64,000 nucleotides of DNA from Eledone cirrhosa. Taxonomy: Eukaryota. Location of the stretch: contig OZ024754.1 in the NCBI GenBank assembly GCA_964016885.1, forward strand, positions 40,300,001 through 40,364,000, in the 5' to 3' direction. Made by a program: the position numbers and the translations under genes. Numbering within the stretch: position 1 is the stretch's first letter; every line of letters starts with the position of its first letter. Below the pieces are notes generated by a model, which was not told the DNA's origin, searched no databases, and was given only the letters and a program-made list of their open reading frames with translations. Below, in pieces: positions 11,583 through 22,683 of this stretch.

Positions 11583-12828
11583 CTGAATAAGAGAAAAATT
11601 ATGGAGTTTAGTTAATGTTGCTAAGATATTTCTTTTCAAAATAGTAAAATCTATTCCACAGTATATACAACAGAAAACGCTGGTGTTAATCTCTAAACAT
11701 TTTAAAGACAAGTCATGACACCCACAACGAGGGTGCTGAAATAGCTAAGCTACCCTGACCATACTAAAACGAGAGAAAAACAACATCTCAAATGCTGCAG
11801 GATGAAAAATCTACTTTATGGATATTTCAGTAGTTTATTTAAAAAAGAAAAAAAATATTTCTATCACAAAAAGCTTTGATAATTTAAATTAAATTGCCTA
11901 AATTGTTAGGTATTCAATAATAAGACTTCTTTCAGATAAAATGTTGTAAGAAAATAAATCAAAAGAAGGTATTTCACCACTAAGTTCATAATTTATTGGG
12001 ATTCACGAAAGAAATTACCTCCCTTGACCATGATGTTTATTGTGTTTATTTGAAATATTATTATTGCTATCTGTAATTATGCCTAGATTGGTATAGTTTC
12101 AATTATTTTAAATGTCCCTAAATACATACGTTAACAGTCAGCTATTAATAAATACTTAAGAAAACCAATATTCAAAACCTAAAATTAATTCAAACAAAAA
12201 TTCTAATAACTAGTTATCTCCCCGTATTTTTCCCTAAATTGTTTTTTCTTTTTCTTGGGGGAGAAAAAAAATGACATGCACATTTTTTAAATAGGATGAG
12301 GTGGGACGTAACTGTTCAATCCTAATGTAAAGGTTTATTTAACTGAAGAAAATAAAAGACAACATACAGAACTGAAATAATTGCTGTAGGTTCTATAAGC
12401 CATAGAAAGGCAGTCACTGAATAAATAAAACTGTACATAGTAGACCTTAGGTGTGTAATAAAACTGTATAGAGTTGACCTTAGCTGTGTAAACTGTAGCA
12501 AAGACAACCAGTCTAAGGGGTTAGTCACTCTGAATAAATATAACTGTATGACGTAGACGAGGACTCTGTAAGCCATAATGAAAACAACCCATCTAGGAGG
12601 GAAGACAATCTATATAAAAACTGATACAGGGTTGAAAGGACTTAAGTTCTGTCAGAAGACCTTTCTAATGCTAGAGGCAGTCCACATTGTAAAGAGGTCG
12701 ATGATAGAAAAAACATCCAACCAGAAAAAAACCCTGCTAAAAAACCAAAATCTAAATGTAACCCAGTGAAGCCTAGAAAAACAATCTTTATGTGATTATG
12801 ATGAAAGTTAGATAAAACGGTAATTTAC

Positions 12829-13016
12829 TTGGGTGGTTTTTCGACAGTTCTGTAGGTGTTAAAGCCTGTCAATTGCTCTTGTACGCCAGTTAAAGAGTTG
12901 GCAAATTTTCTGTCATTCAAAATAACAATTGTCTGTTCAATCCATTCCAAGAGGTCAGATGTTAGAGTTTCATATTCTTCAATCATTTTCTCTGTATCAA
13001 TGGCATTATCAATGAC
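12829..13016 (-). CDS. SPTBN1: beta-spectrin exon 7 (spectrin repeat 1)
   Basis: [63 protein letters not shown]; tag / gtaaa. Confidence 0.95.
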
Positions 13017-13467
13017 CTACACAGAAAATTAAACAAGAATTCATATTTAAATACATATGTAATGGCATCAAAAAGAATCTTATGTATGAAATATTTTTTT
13101 AAAGGAAAATTATCTTTTTAAAACACGGCTTCACTTAGCAATTCAAATTCAAAGTTGATGGTTGCCTTGATAACAGAGTTTCCCTACTTTATCTTGGAAA
13201 TATTAAATTGGTGTTCTATATTTCAGGGAAAATCCCCTTGTCAAAAAATTAAAGGAATTAAGATAACATGGAGGCATGTTTGATGTTATATTTAAATTGC
13301 TGTAAACTTCTTAATAAAACAAACAAAATACTTTCTACTATTTTATTATGTTAATATCTATGGCAAGTTTTGAACTTTAGACCAATGGTTACATCATCAC
13401 CATAGTATCATAAATAATAGCTTATAAAATATATTTCTAGTTTATATGTAATGCTGCTTTTACTTAC

Positions 13468-13580
13468 TCTGCCAATTCTCTTGCCTTGAACAGATTCAGC
13501 CTTCATTTTTGAGAAGTAATGGTAGTAGGTGACAACATATGTAATTATGGACTTCTCATCAGGAATCTCAACATTGACAT
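13468..13580 (-). CDS. SPTBN1: beta-spectrin exon 6
   Basis: [38 protein letters not shown]; tag / gtaag. Confidence 0.96.
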
Positions 13581-14184
13581 CTAAACACAACAAAAATTAA
13601 AATCAAAATTAATAATCTGCCAAAATATTTTTAGTTTTTTTTTAATAATCACTTTTATATAAAAAAAGAAAAGGAATTTCCAATGAGCAGACACACATTC
13701 TGCTCATTTGATGAAAGATCATAAAAAAATAAAGAAGCTAATTGTTAGATTGAACCAATGGAATGATGTTTCCATTGGTCTTTCCATTACTTATACTATC
13801 TGTTGGAACTCCTGACAAGAGGAGGTGGGATTTGAACTCAGAACATACAGATACTACAAAACATCATGTTCAATTCTTAAACAATTTTCCTAATCCACTG
13901 CCCTGAGACAGGTACTTTATCAACCATAAAAGGATGAATGGCCAAGTTGCCCTTGGTGGGATTTGAATTTAAATTAAATCCTTCCATCATAATTTTATAT
14001 AAAAAAACATTATATCATCATCATACTAAATATATCTAGTAGACAATTCTTAAAAAGAAAAATGTTTGTGTAAAGAAAGAAAAAAAGATAGCCCCCGTAT
14101 ACATTTTTTTTTTCTGAAGATATTCTAAAGTTACTTCAAAAACCTTTTATAGAATTTAATATATTAGGGCAGGAGAGGAGAGAG

Positions 14185-14220
<36 letters not shown>
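14185..14220. repeat. poly(A) run
   Basis: About 36 consecutive A. Confidence 0.9.
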
Positions 14221-14223
<3 letters not shown>

Positions 14224-15312
14224 ATAAATTTACGTATTAGATTAGTTAGGACAATGTCATTATATTAATGCAGTAAAGCTGCTATTGATTTTAACAGCTT
14301 AACTTACTCAACCACATTAATGAGGTTGAACTTGTATTCAATTTTAAGTAGAATTTGTCACAAATTTGGTTTAGACACCAACACACAGAACCTTACCTGC
14401 ATAACAGTTGGTCAAAACACAGAACCTTACCTGGATAACAGTTGGTCAAAAGCACATGAAAATATTTCAAGTCATAGAAAAGTAAATTAATTTCTCGTAC
14501 TACTTTATGGTCAAGCTGTGCGTATTTTATGTCATACCTTCTCACGCTACAAACCCTATCTTAAGTTCAGATCTGCCCTGATTTTTAGACAAGAGTATTT
14601 GTCTTAAATTTTCTTTCCTTCTTCAGACACACCTAAGCCAATGGAGGTTTCATTGCACCAATATCCCTTTCATGTTATACAGCTTCACTTTATTCTATAT
14701 AATGAATGTGTCCTTTACCTTATCTTTATCTTTCCATGTGATGTTCATGATTTATCACAGGTATCACATCATAAATGATTGAATACATACATATATATCT
14801 CATAATCATTGTCACTTTAACATCCGCTTTCCCTGCTAGAAAGAGTTGGACAAGTCCATCTAGACCAAGTCAGTACTGAAGCGAAGGCACCTATTTTATA
14901 TTTGAGCAAGGCACTTCATTTCATATTGCTTCAGTTCATTCATCTAAGAATGAGTACCATTGACAGTTGTGAGTTACATATGCAATGGAGTGACTCCCAG
15001 TTTTGTTCAGGTATAATCTTATAAACCTCGGTCAAGTTCCAGCCTTTGTCCAGCCCATGCAAGTATGAAAGAACTGACATATCATACAAATGATGACCGA
15101 CCAACTGACTGGCTTATTTATACTCATAGAATTCCTGTAAGTTATCCAGTAATTATTATTGTAAGATTATGTGAGCTTTTAAACTAATAATTATTCCACG
15201 ATTGAAAGCACCGACAATAAAGCTGGTCAAGTTTTGTATAGAAACAAAACAAAAACCCATTTTAAATGCTATTTTCTATTTGATTTAGAACTGAATATAT
15301 AGAAAGACTAAC

Positions 15313-15428
15313 CTTCAGGATCCAAAAGCTTGGTGATACCAAGCTTTTCTTCAGCAACGGTAAAAGCATTGTTGAGATTATGCATAGCATTAGATTTCTG
15401 AAGTCTGTCATATTGAATAAGGTCAGAT
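15313..15428 (-). CDS. SPTBN1: beta-spectrin exon 5 (CH2)
   Basis: [38 protein letters not shown]; cag / gttag. Confidence 0.95.
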
Positions 15429-15459
15429 CTGTAAAAAAGAACAATATAGAAACAATACA

Positions 15460-16035
15460 TAAGGTTTTATAGAAGACTATATACAAGTTCACACACCATT
15501 TCATCGAGAGTTATATACAAGTTAACAGTTTCATCGAGAGCTATATACAAGTTAATAAGGTTTTATAGAAGACTATATACAAGTTCACATACCATTTCAT
15601 CGAGAGCTATATACAAGTTAACAGTTTCATCGAGAGCTATATACAAGTTAATAAGGTTTTATAGAAGACTATATACAAGTTCACATACCATTTCATCGAG
15701 AGCTATATACAAGTTAACAGTTTCATCGAGAGCTATATACAAGTTAATAAGGTTTTATAGAAGACTATATACAAGTTCACACACCATTTCATCAAGAGTT
15801 ATATACAAGTTAACAGTTTCATCGAGAGCTATATACAAGTTAATAAGGTTTTATAGAAGACTATATACAAGTTCACATACCATTTCATCGAGAGTTATAT
15901 ACAAGTTAACAGTTTCATCGAGAGTTATATACAAGTTAACAGTTTCATCGAGAGCTATATACAAGTTAACAGTTTCATCGAGAGCTATATACAAGTTAAC
16001 ACACGATTTCATCGAGAGCTATATACAAGTTGACC
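15460..16035. repeat. Minisatellite with 96-bp higher-order unit built from ~30-bp monomers
   Basis: ggttttatagaagac recurs at 15463, 15559, 15655, 15751 and 15847; monomer tttcatcgagagctatatacaagttaacag. Confidence 0.92.
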
Positions 16036-16516
16036 AGTTTTCATTATTTTTAATGTAATAATATACTGATTAAAGGCTTGCATCTAGAAAGTTCTGCTCT
16101 GTGAAACAAACCCAGGTAAGGTATTTTGAGGAAGACCAGCATTCACCTATACCAGTCTAGATACCACTGATGATGTTCAAAGGTAAGATACAGGTTGATA
16201 CAGCTTAGCACCAGTGGCATCATCATTCATTTTTCCCAAATGGGAGCAATGAGAAAAAATGTCTTTCTCAAAGGCACAACACACCACCTGGTCAAGGAAT
16301 TGAACTCACAACCTTATGATTGCAAGCCCAATACCCTAACCACTAAGCCCCATTCCTTCACTTACATGCTGACATTAAATTAGTAATTCTAATTCATAAT
16401 AGATTTGAAATATATCAAATTATTACTTCTCAATGTGAGAGATTCCCAACCACCAACAAATGACCATAAACAATTGACCAGTTTTCTTGGACATATTTCT
16501 AACAGACTTAACATAC

Positions 16517-16686
16517 CTGTGTTTATGAATGATAGCATTAAATGCTAAACCATCTCTCCAGCTGGTAGTGAAATTTCTGACATTGACATTAGGGTAGCCA
16601 GCAGTTTTCATCTGGCACCAAAGTAAGAGTGCATCTTTGGCAGATTTAGTTTCACTGTTTTCTGTCTCTTCAATGATATCTTGGAT
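16517..16686 (-). CDS. SPTBN1: beta-spectrin exon 4 (CH2)
   Basis: [57 protein letters not shown]; cag / gtatg. Confidence 0.96.
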
Positions 16687-16792
16687 CTGAAAAGTGACAA
16701 AGTAGGAATGAAATCAACACGAAAATTATTTTTATCTTTAATAAAAGAGAATTACCAAAAAATCATTTAACGGAAAAATTATTACTTTATAA

Positions 16793-17000
16793 TTAACTCT
16801 TAACATCTTGTTATTGATTTAGCAGAAAATATCTAAAAATGTGTTAAAATATTTATAGTATCTTTACTTGTGGATAAATTGTGAATATTTGCAGTATTAG
16901 AGTAAAGCCTTTAATTTTTAATATGATATATTACTGTTTTGTACTTTATAAGTCGTCTTTGTTATTGTGGTTTCATGCAATACAGGACATTAAGAGTTAA
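16793..17000. mobile_element. TTAA-flanked MITE (family C)
   Basis: ttaactcttaacatcttgt ... acaggacattaagagttaa. Related fragments near 3730-3880, 7350-7512, 24530-24700, 33600-33680 and 43030-43117. Confidence 0.65.
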
Positions 17001-17032
17001 AACTGATATAATATCAATCAATAGTCACTAAC

Positions 17033-17206
17033 CTGGAAGCGAAGAATAATGGTCCATATGAGACCAAGAGTTAGTCTAGCACTGCCATCAACTATGTCGT
17101 GAGCACCCATGTTTTCAAGATGGACTTTTTGTTCATGCAGGAATGTCAATGCTTTATCTACATTTTCCAGGCAATGAATCCTCATTTTTCCTTTTGTTGG
17201 CCGAGG
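17033..17206 (-). CDS. SPTBN1: beta-spectrin exon 3 (CH1)
   Basis: [58 protein letters not shown]; cag / gttag. Confidence 0.96.
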
Positions 17207-17461
17207 CTGTAAAACAGAAATGAAAAATATGATTAAAAAGATAAAATTAAGAATGTTTCACTCAAATTCAAGGTTAACTCTTTAAATACCAACCTGCCAA
17301 AGACTGCTTCAAGTTTTGGGACATAAAATCATCCATTTTAAAATGCATGAATAACAAAGTTATTTATTTCCATGTTGGGTTGTCACAGTTCTTATTTAGA
17401 GTTATCCCACCTCCTAGATAGATCAAACATTCTACAAAGTGAACTGGTTGTATTTTATCAT

Positions 17462-17638
17462 GGTACCAACACTAGAGGTTGTCTTAGCTCTTGTAAGACT
17501 TTATCAGGGCACCAACACTAGAGAGGTTGTCTTAGCTCTTGTAAGACTTTATCAGGGCACCAACACTAGAGAGGTTGTGTTAGCTCTTGTAAGACTTTAT
17601 CATGACACCAACACTAGACTTCGCTCTTGTAAGACTAA
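17462..17638. repeat. 48-bp tandem repeat, ~3.5 copies
   Basis: ggcaccaacactagagaggttgtcttagctcttgtaagactttatcag. Confidence 0.88.
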
Positions 17639-18529
17639 AGAATCCTGTGTTCATTCTTGAAAAACATGACCAATGGGGTGAATAAAATAGAGAATAATGT
17701 CTAAATAAATGAGAGACAATGTGTATTGGGGAGGGCAGAACAGAACACCTGTAAGGATAGTAAAAGGAGTAATGGAAGAGAGACAGTGGTGGCCACATGT
17801 TGCTTAAAGAGATTGAACATCAGCTAAATTTCTAATTATTTTCAAAATTAATTGGAACACATAGGCAGTGTATTTCATTGGCAGAATTGTTAGAATGTCA
17901 CATAGAATACTTGATTTAATCTCTTTGCTTTTTGAGTTCAAATCTCAACTTTGTTTTTCATCCATTCAAAGTCAATAAAAAAAAATGACCAGTCTAATAT
18001 TGGGGTTGATTCTTCCTGTATATCTCTTTCTCACTTCCTTTCTTTCACTCTCTATTCTTCTCTGGAAGAAATCTGCTGTATTCGAACCTGGAGAGATTGT
18101 TCCTGGCAGGTTTAAAAATACCCAAGAAATGCTGTATGTCAATGCAATATACTCCCAGGAGTTATGGGACCATTCAGTACATAAAAACTAAAGGGTTAAA
18201 TTATTTTTATACACAGTATAGTTGCCCTAGAAATTACTGTTAGAGGAAATTAATAATGTGCCACATGATACTGTAATAACTTTTAATCAAACAAAATGAA
18301 ACCTAAAAATAATTAATTAATTAATAATAATTTAATTATTTGCATATGTGCTTAATAGTGTAATTATGCAAAGTGTGTAAATACTGTACTGCCACTTCTA
18401 AAGATTTGGCTACCTAATATAATATTAATTACACATATCATATAAACAAGTTTCTAATTTCATTATATGGGAAATGTAAATTACATGTGTAGCTAGTTAT
18501 AATTGTGTTGTGCTACTAACATGTATATT

Positions 18530-18790
18530 ATGGCTGTGTAGTTAAAGTGTTTGTCTTGTAACTGTGATTTCAGATTTTACTTTCACTCTGTAGTACCTTG
18601 GGCAAGTGTCATCTACTATAAATCTTGGGTTGATCAATGCCTTGTCAATGAAATTTTGTAGACAGGATATTTAAAGGCCCATCGTGTCTCTGCGTGTGTG
18701 TTTATGTCTCATAACTTAGTGGTTCAATAAAAGGTTGATTAAACAAGTACCAGACTTGTAGAAGTACTGGGGTCAATTATATTGACTGAG
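18530..18790 (+). mobile_element. tRNA-derived-type SINE (boundaries approximate)
   Basis: tggctgtgtagttaaag head, accttgggcaagtgtc core, aagtaccag...gtactggggtc tail; similar to 47060-47350. Confidence 0.6.
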
Positions 18791-19464
18791 ATCAATAAAA
18801 TAATTTTAAAATAGATATCAATCTGTTTTGTAAAGAGATACCACTTAATAACCAAATGATTAATTAGCAGTATGTAACCTGATTTATTCAAAAGGAGACA
18901 ATGAAACTACATTAAAGTCGATGTTAAAAACATTTTTCACACCATTTTAATATTCTTCACTAAAATAGTTTCAAAGCTTCATTTTGTCAATCAAATTAAA
19001 ACTGCAGTCATTTTATATAGAATTACTTGCAAAATTAATTGAAAACAAATTAAAATTAACTATGAGCAATCTATTAAAGATTACAAACAAAAAAGTCACA
19101 AATGATTATGAGCAGATGTTTATAAATTCAATTTGTAAAAGCTATTACTATTATGTAAGAATTATAACCATAATCTATAGAATTAAGTATATAGAATGGA
19201 CCACTATAGAAACATGTAACAATTTAAGTTGGTAAATGAACGTAATTCAACTGTCGATACAAATGTAAAATTAATATTCGTCTGAAATTACTTTGCCGTA
19301 AAGAATTTAGCTAACAAATTTATATTGAATAACTGTACAATAAAAATTATATGTGGACGAGGAAATATAATACCAAAACTGAATGAAAATAAAAGCAATA
19401 ACAAATTATTTCTAAGTGGTGCTTAACAATAATTATCCATTTCTATAAGTCTGAAACGTTTGCT

Positions 19465-19892
19465 ATGGCCTATAGAAACAGCAGTCCTATATCACACGGC
19501 CTATAAAAAACAACAACCCCTATATTACATGATCTATAAAAACAGCAGCCCCTATATTACATGATCTATAAAAACAACAGCCCCTATATTACATGGCTTA
19601 TAGAAACAGCAGCTCCTATATTACATGGCCTATAGAAACAGCAGCCCCTATATTACATGGCCTATAAAAACAATAGCCCCTATATTACATGGCCTATAAA
19701 AACAGCAACCCCTATATTACATGATCTATAAAAACAACAGCCCCTATATTACATGGCCTATAAAAACAACAACCCCCATATTACATGGCCTATAAAAACA
19801 ACAGCCCCTATATTACATGGCCTATAAAAACAACAACCCCCATATTACATGGCCTATAAAAACAACAGCCCCTATATTACATGGCCTATAAA
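19465..19892. repeat. ~32-bp minisatellite, ~13 copies
   Basis: atggcctataaaaacaacagcccctatattac. Confidence 0.92.
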
Positions 19893-20294
19893 AAAAATAT
19901 CAGTTACTCTCTTAAAACAACAAGTAACATTTGAAAATGGATTGTTGTCAACTTATTCAAAGCTGATTATTAAAATGTTCTTAATACTCTGGAAAAACAT
20001 CAAACAAATACATTGTTAGACATTGACCTATAGATTTAGGCTGTCACATCAATCTCATGATTGTCTAGGAGGGCCTAACACTTCATTTTAGCTGGTCTAC
20101 AAGCTTACTGTCTTTACTCAAAAGCCAGTAAGCTTGTAGACTGGCTGAAATGGAGTGAATCCATACTGGGATTTTGCTAATTATCATACAAACTCTGTAT
20201 TTAAATATCAAGCACTACCCTGCAATGTGGTTTCCCCAGTCTCTGTACTGTGAACACCTCATATATATATTGGCTACAAGATGAAGCATATAGA

Positions 20295-20587
20295 CAATAT
20301 GCCCCCACACCCTCCCACTGCAAAGTGGTCGTGGAGGTGCCACAGCAAAAAAACACCCAGCCCACACTGTAAAGTGGACGTGTAGGCACCATGGAAATAA
20401 AGCACCCAGCACTCACTGTACATGAGGTTGGTGTTAGGAAGGGCATCCAGCTGTAGAAATCAAGCCAGAATCAGTTCCCGTATGAGCAAGACAAGGTCAG
20501 CCGACTGGACACTGCTCACAACAGGACAACCCGTCTAACCCATGCTAGCGTGGAAGAACAGACGTAAAACGGTGATGATGATGATAT
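20295..20587 (+). mobile_element. SINE 3' part (same family as 9943-10288 and 50365-50507)
   Basis: ttaggaagggcatccagctgtagaaa...cagttcccgtatgagcaag...aacccatgctagcgtggaag...(gat)n. Confidence 0.72.
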
Positions 20588-20954
20588 ATATATAGTATGC
20601 GAGAGTGGAAAAGAAAGAACCTTTAACATTAGTCAGTCTAAATTGTCTACAAACAAAGGAATGCATTAACCAGCGCGAAGGATGGTGCGATATGGTTTTT
20701 CTTTGGTTTCCTCATCCTATTGCAGATTCAGTGGACTTATTCGCGGCAGTCACCAATCTTTGTCAAACCTGCAGAGATGAGGCTTACTTAGGTGGTCTTT
20801 ACTCGGCTCATCATAGCTACAGCTGTCACCCATTGCGCCATCTCCCCAAGTAGTTTACCACAGTTGGTCCTGGGTTGCTTATTCGTTTGGCATCGCAACT
20901 AGCCATCATATCTGGGGCCCGTTCTCTAGCAAAACAGCTCTGCCAAGAAAGAAC

Positions 20955-21342
20955 AGCAAGCGGTCGAAATGGGATTCTTCCGAAGGGTCTTTGGAGTAAC
21001 GTTACTCGATAGAGTGCGTAACTCGGAGATCAGAGAGTCACTTCAGGTAAAGCTGCTACTTCTCCAAATTGAGAGATCACAGCTCCGATACTATGGGGAT
21101 ATGGTTAGAATGTCTCAGGAAAGAATTGCTGGGCAGATTTTATGTGCGAAAGTGGCAGGTAGGAGACCTAGGGGTAGGTCCCGAGCAGATGGTTGGATAA
21201 CATCCATGCCTTGGCTGGTCTCACTTGGGGATCCAGCCAGATCAATTAGAGACAGTTGCTTCTGACAGGACCTGCTGGAGGGAGTGTTTGAGGACTCTGT
21301 CCCCACAACCCTCTCAGGAAAAAGTGGGCCAAGAAGAAGATT
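20955..21342 (+). mobile_element. RTE-clade LINE 3' fragment
   Basis: QAVEMGFFRRVFGVTLLDRVRNSEIRESLQV...IERSQLRYYGDMVRM...GRRPRGR, ending in an aagaagaaga tail. Confidence 0.85.
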
Positions 21343-22342
21343 CACAGCACCTTAACCAGAATAGTATTTCCAAAACCCCAAATTGCTTTTACTACCCAGC
21401 ATGAAGGACATGAACAAATTTCAGATTAAGAGATAATTATGCATTAGAGTTTCAATTTTATCATCGTAGTTAAGAACAAATAACACCTATTTTGAGTAAT
21501 TTAATTAAATTATAGTTACAGCGAGATCTCGACTTACTGAACAGCTTGTTATATCAGATTGCCAGACAGATTAAGTTTGTCTCAAATCTAGAGGTTTACC
21601 AGGCTGAGCTTATTTCAGTTTCATTGGCATTAAGCAACTGAGGGTATAAGGTGGCACTCCATCGGAACTGGTGGTGGTACACATATTTGATAAAATATAT
21701 TCCAGTTGTAACCATTTGTCTTTATAGGGGATGTTAGAAATCCATTACCTGTTTCCTTGCCTTCTTTAAAATAACATGATTTGAGTGAGATATTTCTAGA
21801 AAGTTGAGTGACCATAGAGGCCGGCCAGTATACTAATGACATACCAATTAAGATTACATCATCATCATCATAATTTAATATTGTTTTCCCTGTTACAAAA
21901 TATGGCCATGTACCTAGTCAAAAATAAATTTGTATTGGAAGTTGAAATGAGAGTAATTTCTTGATATAAGGACCAATTTCACAATATCTGGTATGATAAA
22001 GGGATGTGGTAACAAAGAAATTGGCAGGGATTTAATATAAACTAGATTAGAAATTCAACATATAAAGATTGTAAATATTTACTGTAGGTATTGTTACGAG
22101 ATGTTAAAATGGAATTAAGTGTATGTATATTTAGGATAAGAAGTGTTATTTCTAGAAATATTAATTTACAAATATTTAAATAAGATTAATTCTAATTAAG
22201 AATAGCATTCAATATTTGTTTATTTTTGACAATGACAGTACTTGACAATGTTTCAAAATCTGAAAACTGCTGTATATTATATCACATAGGTTCAGCCTTT
22301 TCTAAATAACTTATTACCAGTGAAATTGTTACAACACTAATA

Positions 22343-22683
22343 CAGTGAAACCTCCATTCACAAACACCTCTCATGACGAACAAATCGGTTCATGAACAAT
22401 TTTTTCAAACATAAAACGTCTTGGTTGATAAACAGTGTCTCGAGTAACAAACATGTGAGTCAGCAACAAGCTTGGAGTATTGGAGGGAAAGTATAACGTT
22501 GTGTAATTAGTTACTATGGTGATATCTATGTCTTTTACAGACAGACTCTCTCTCTCTCTCTCTCTCTCACACTGTATTTCTCTCTCAACATTTCATATGG
22601 GAAAAATAGTTTCAGTTTACAAACATTTCAGATGACAAATGGACTTCTGGAACAAATTAAGTTCATGAACCGAGGTTCCACTG
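22343..22683. mobile_element. Tc1/mariner (pogo/Tigger-like) MITE
   Basis: TA-cagtgaaacctccattcacaaac ... gttcatgaaccgaggttccactg-TA: imperfect ~23-bp TIRs with TA target duplication. Confidence 0.8.

Noticed and set aside
13755-13780. Small hairpin accaatggaa...ttccattggt
   Set aside because: A 10-bp stem is compatible with chance in AT-rich DNA, and there is no supporting context.
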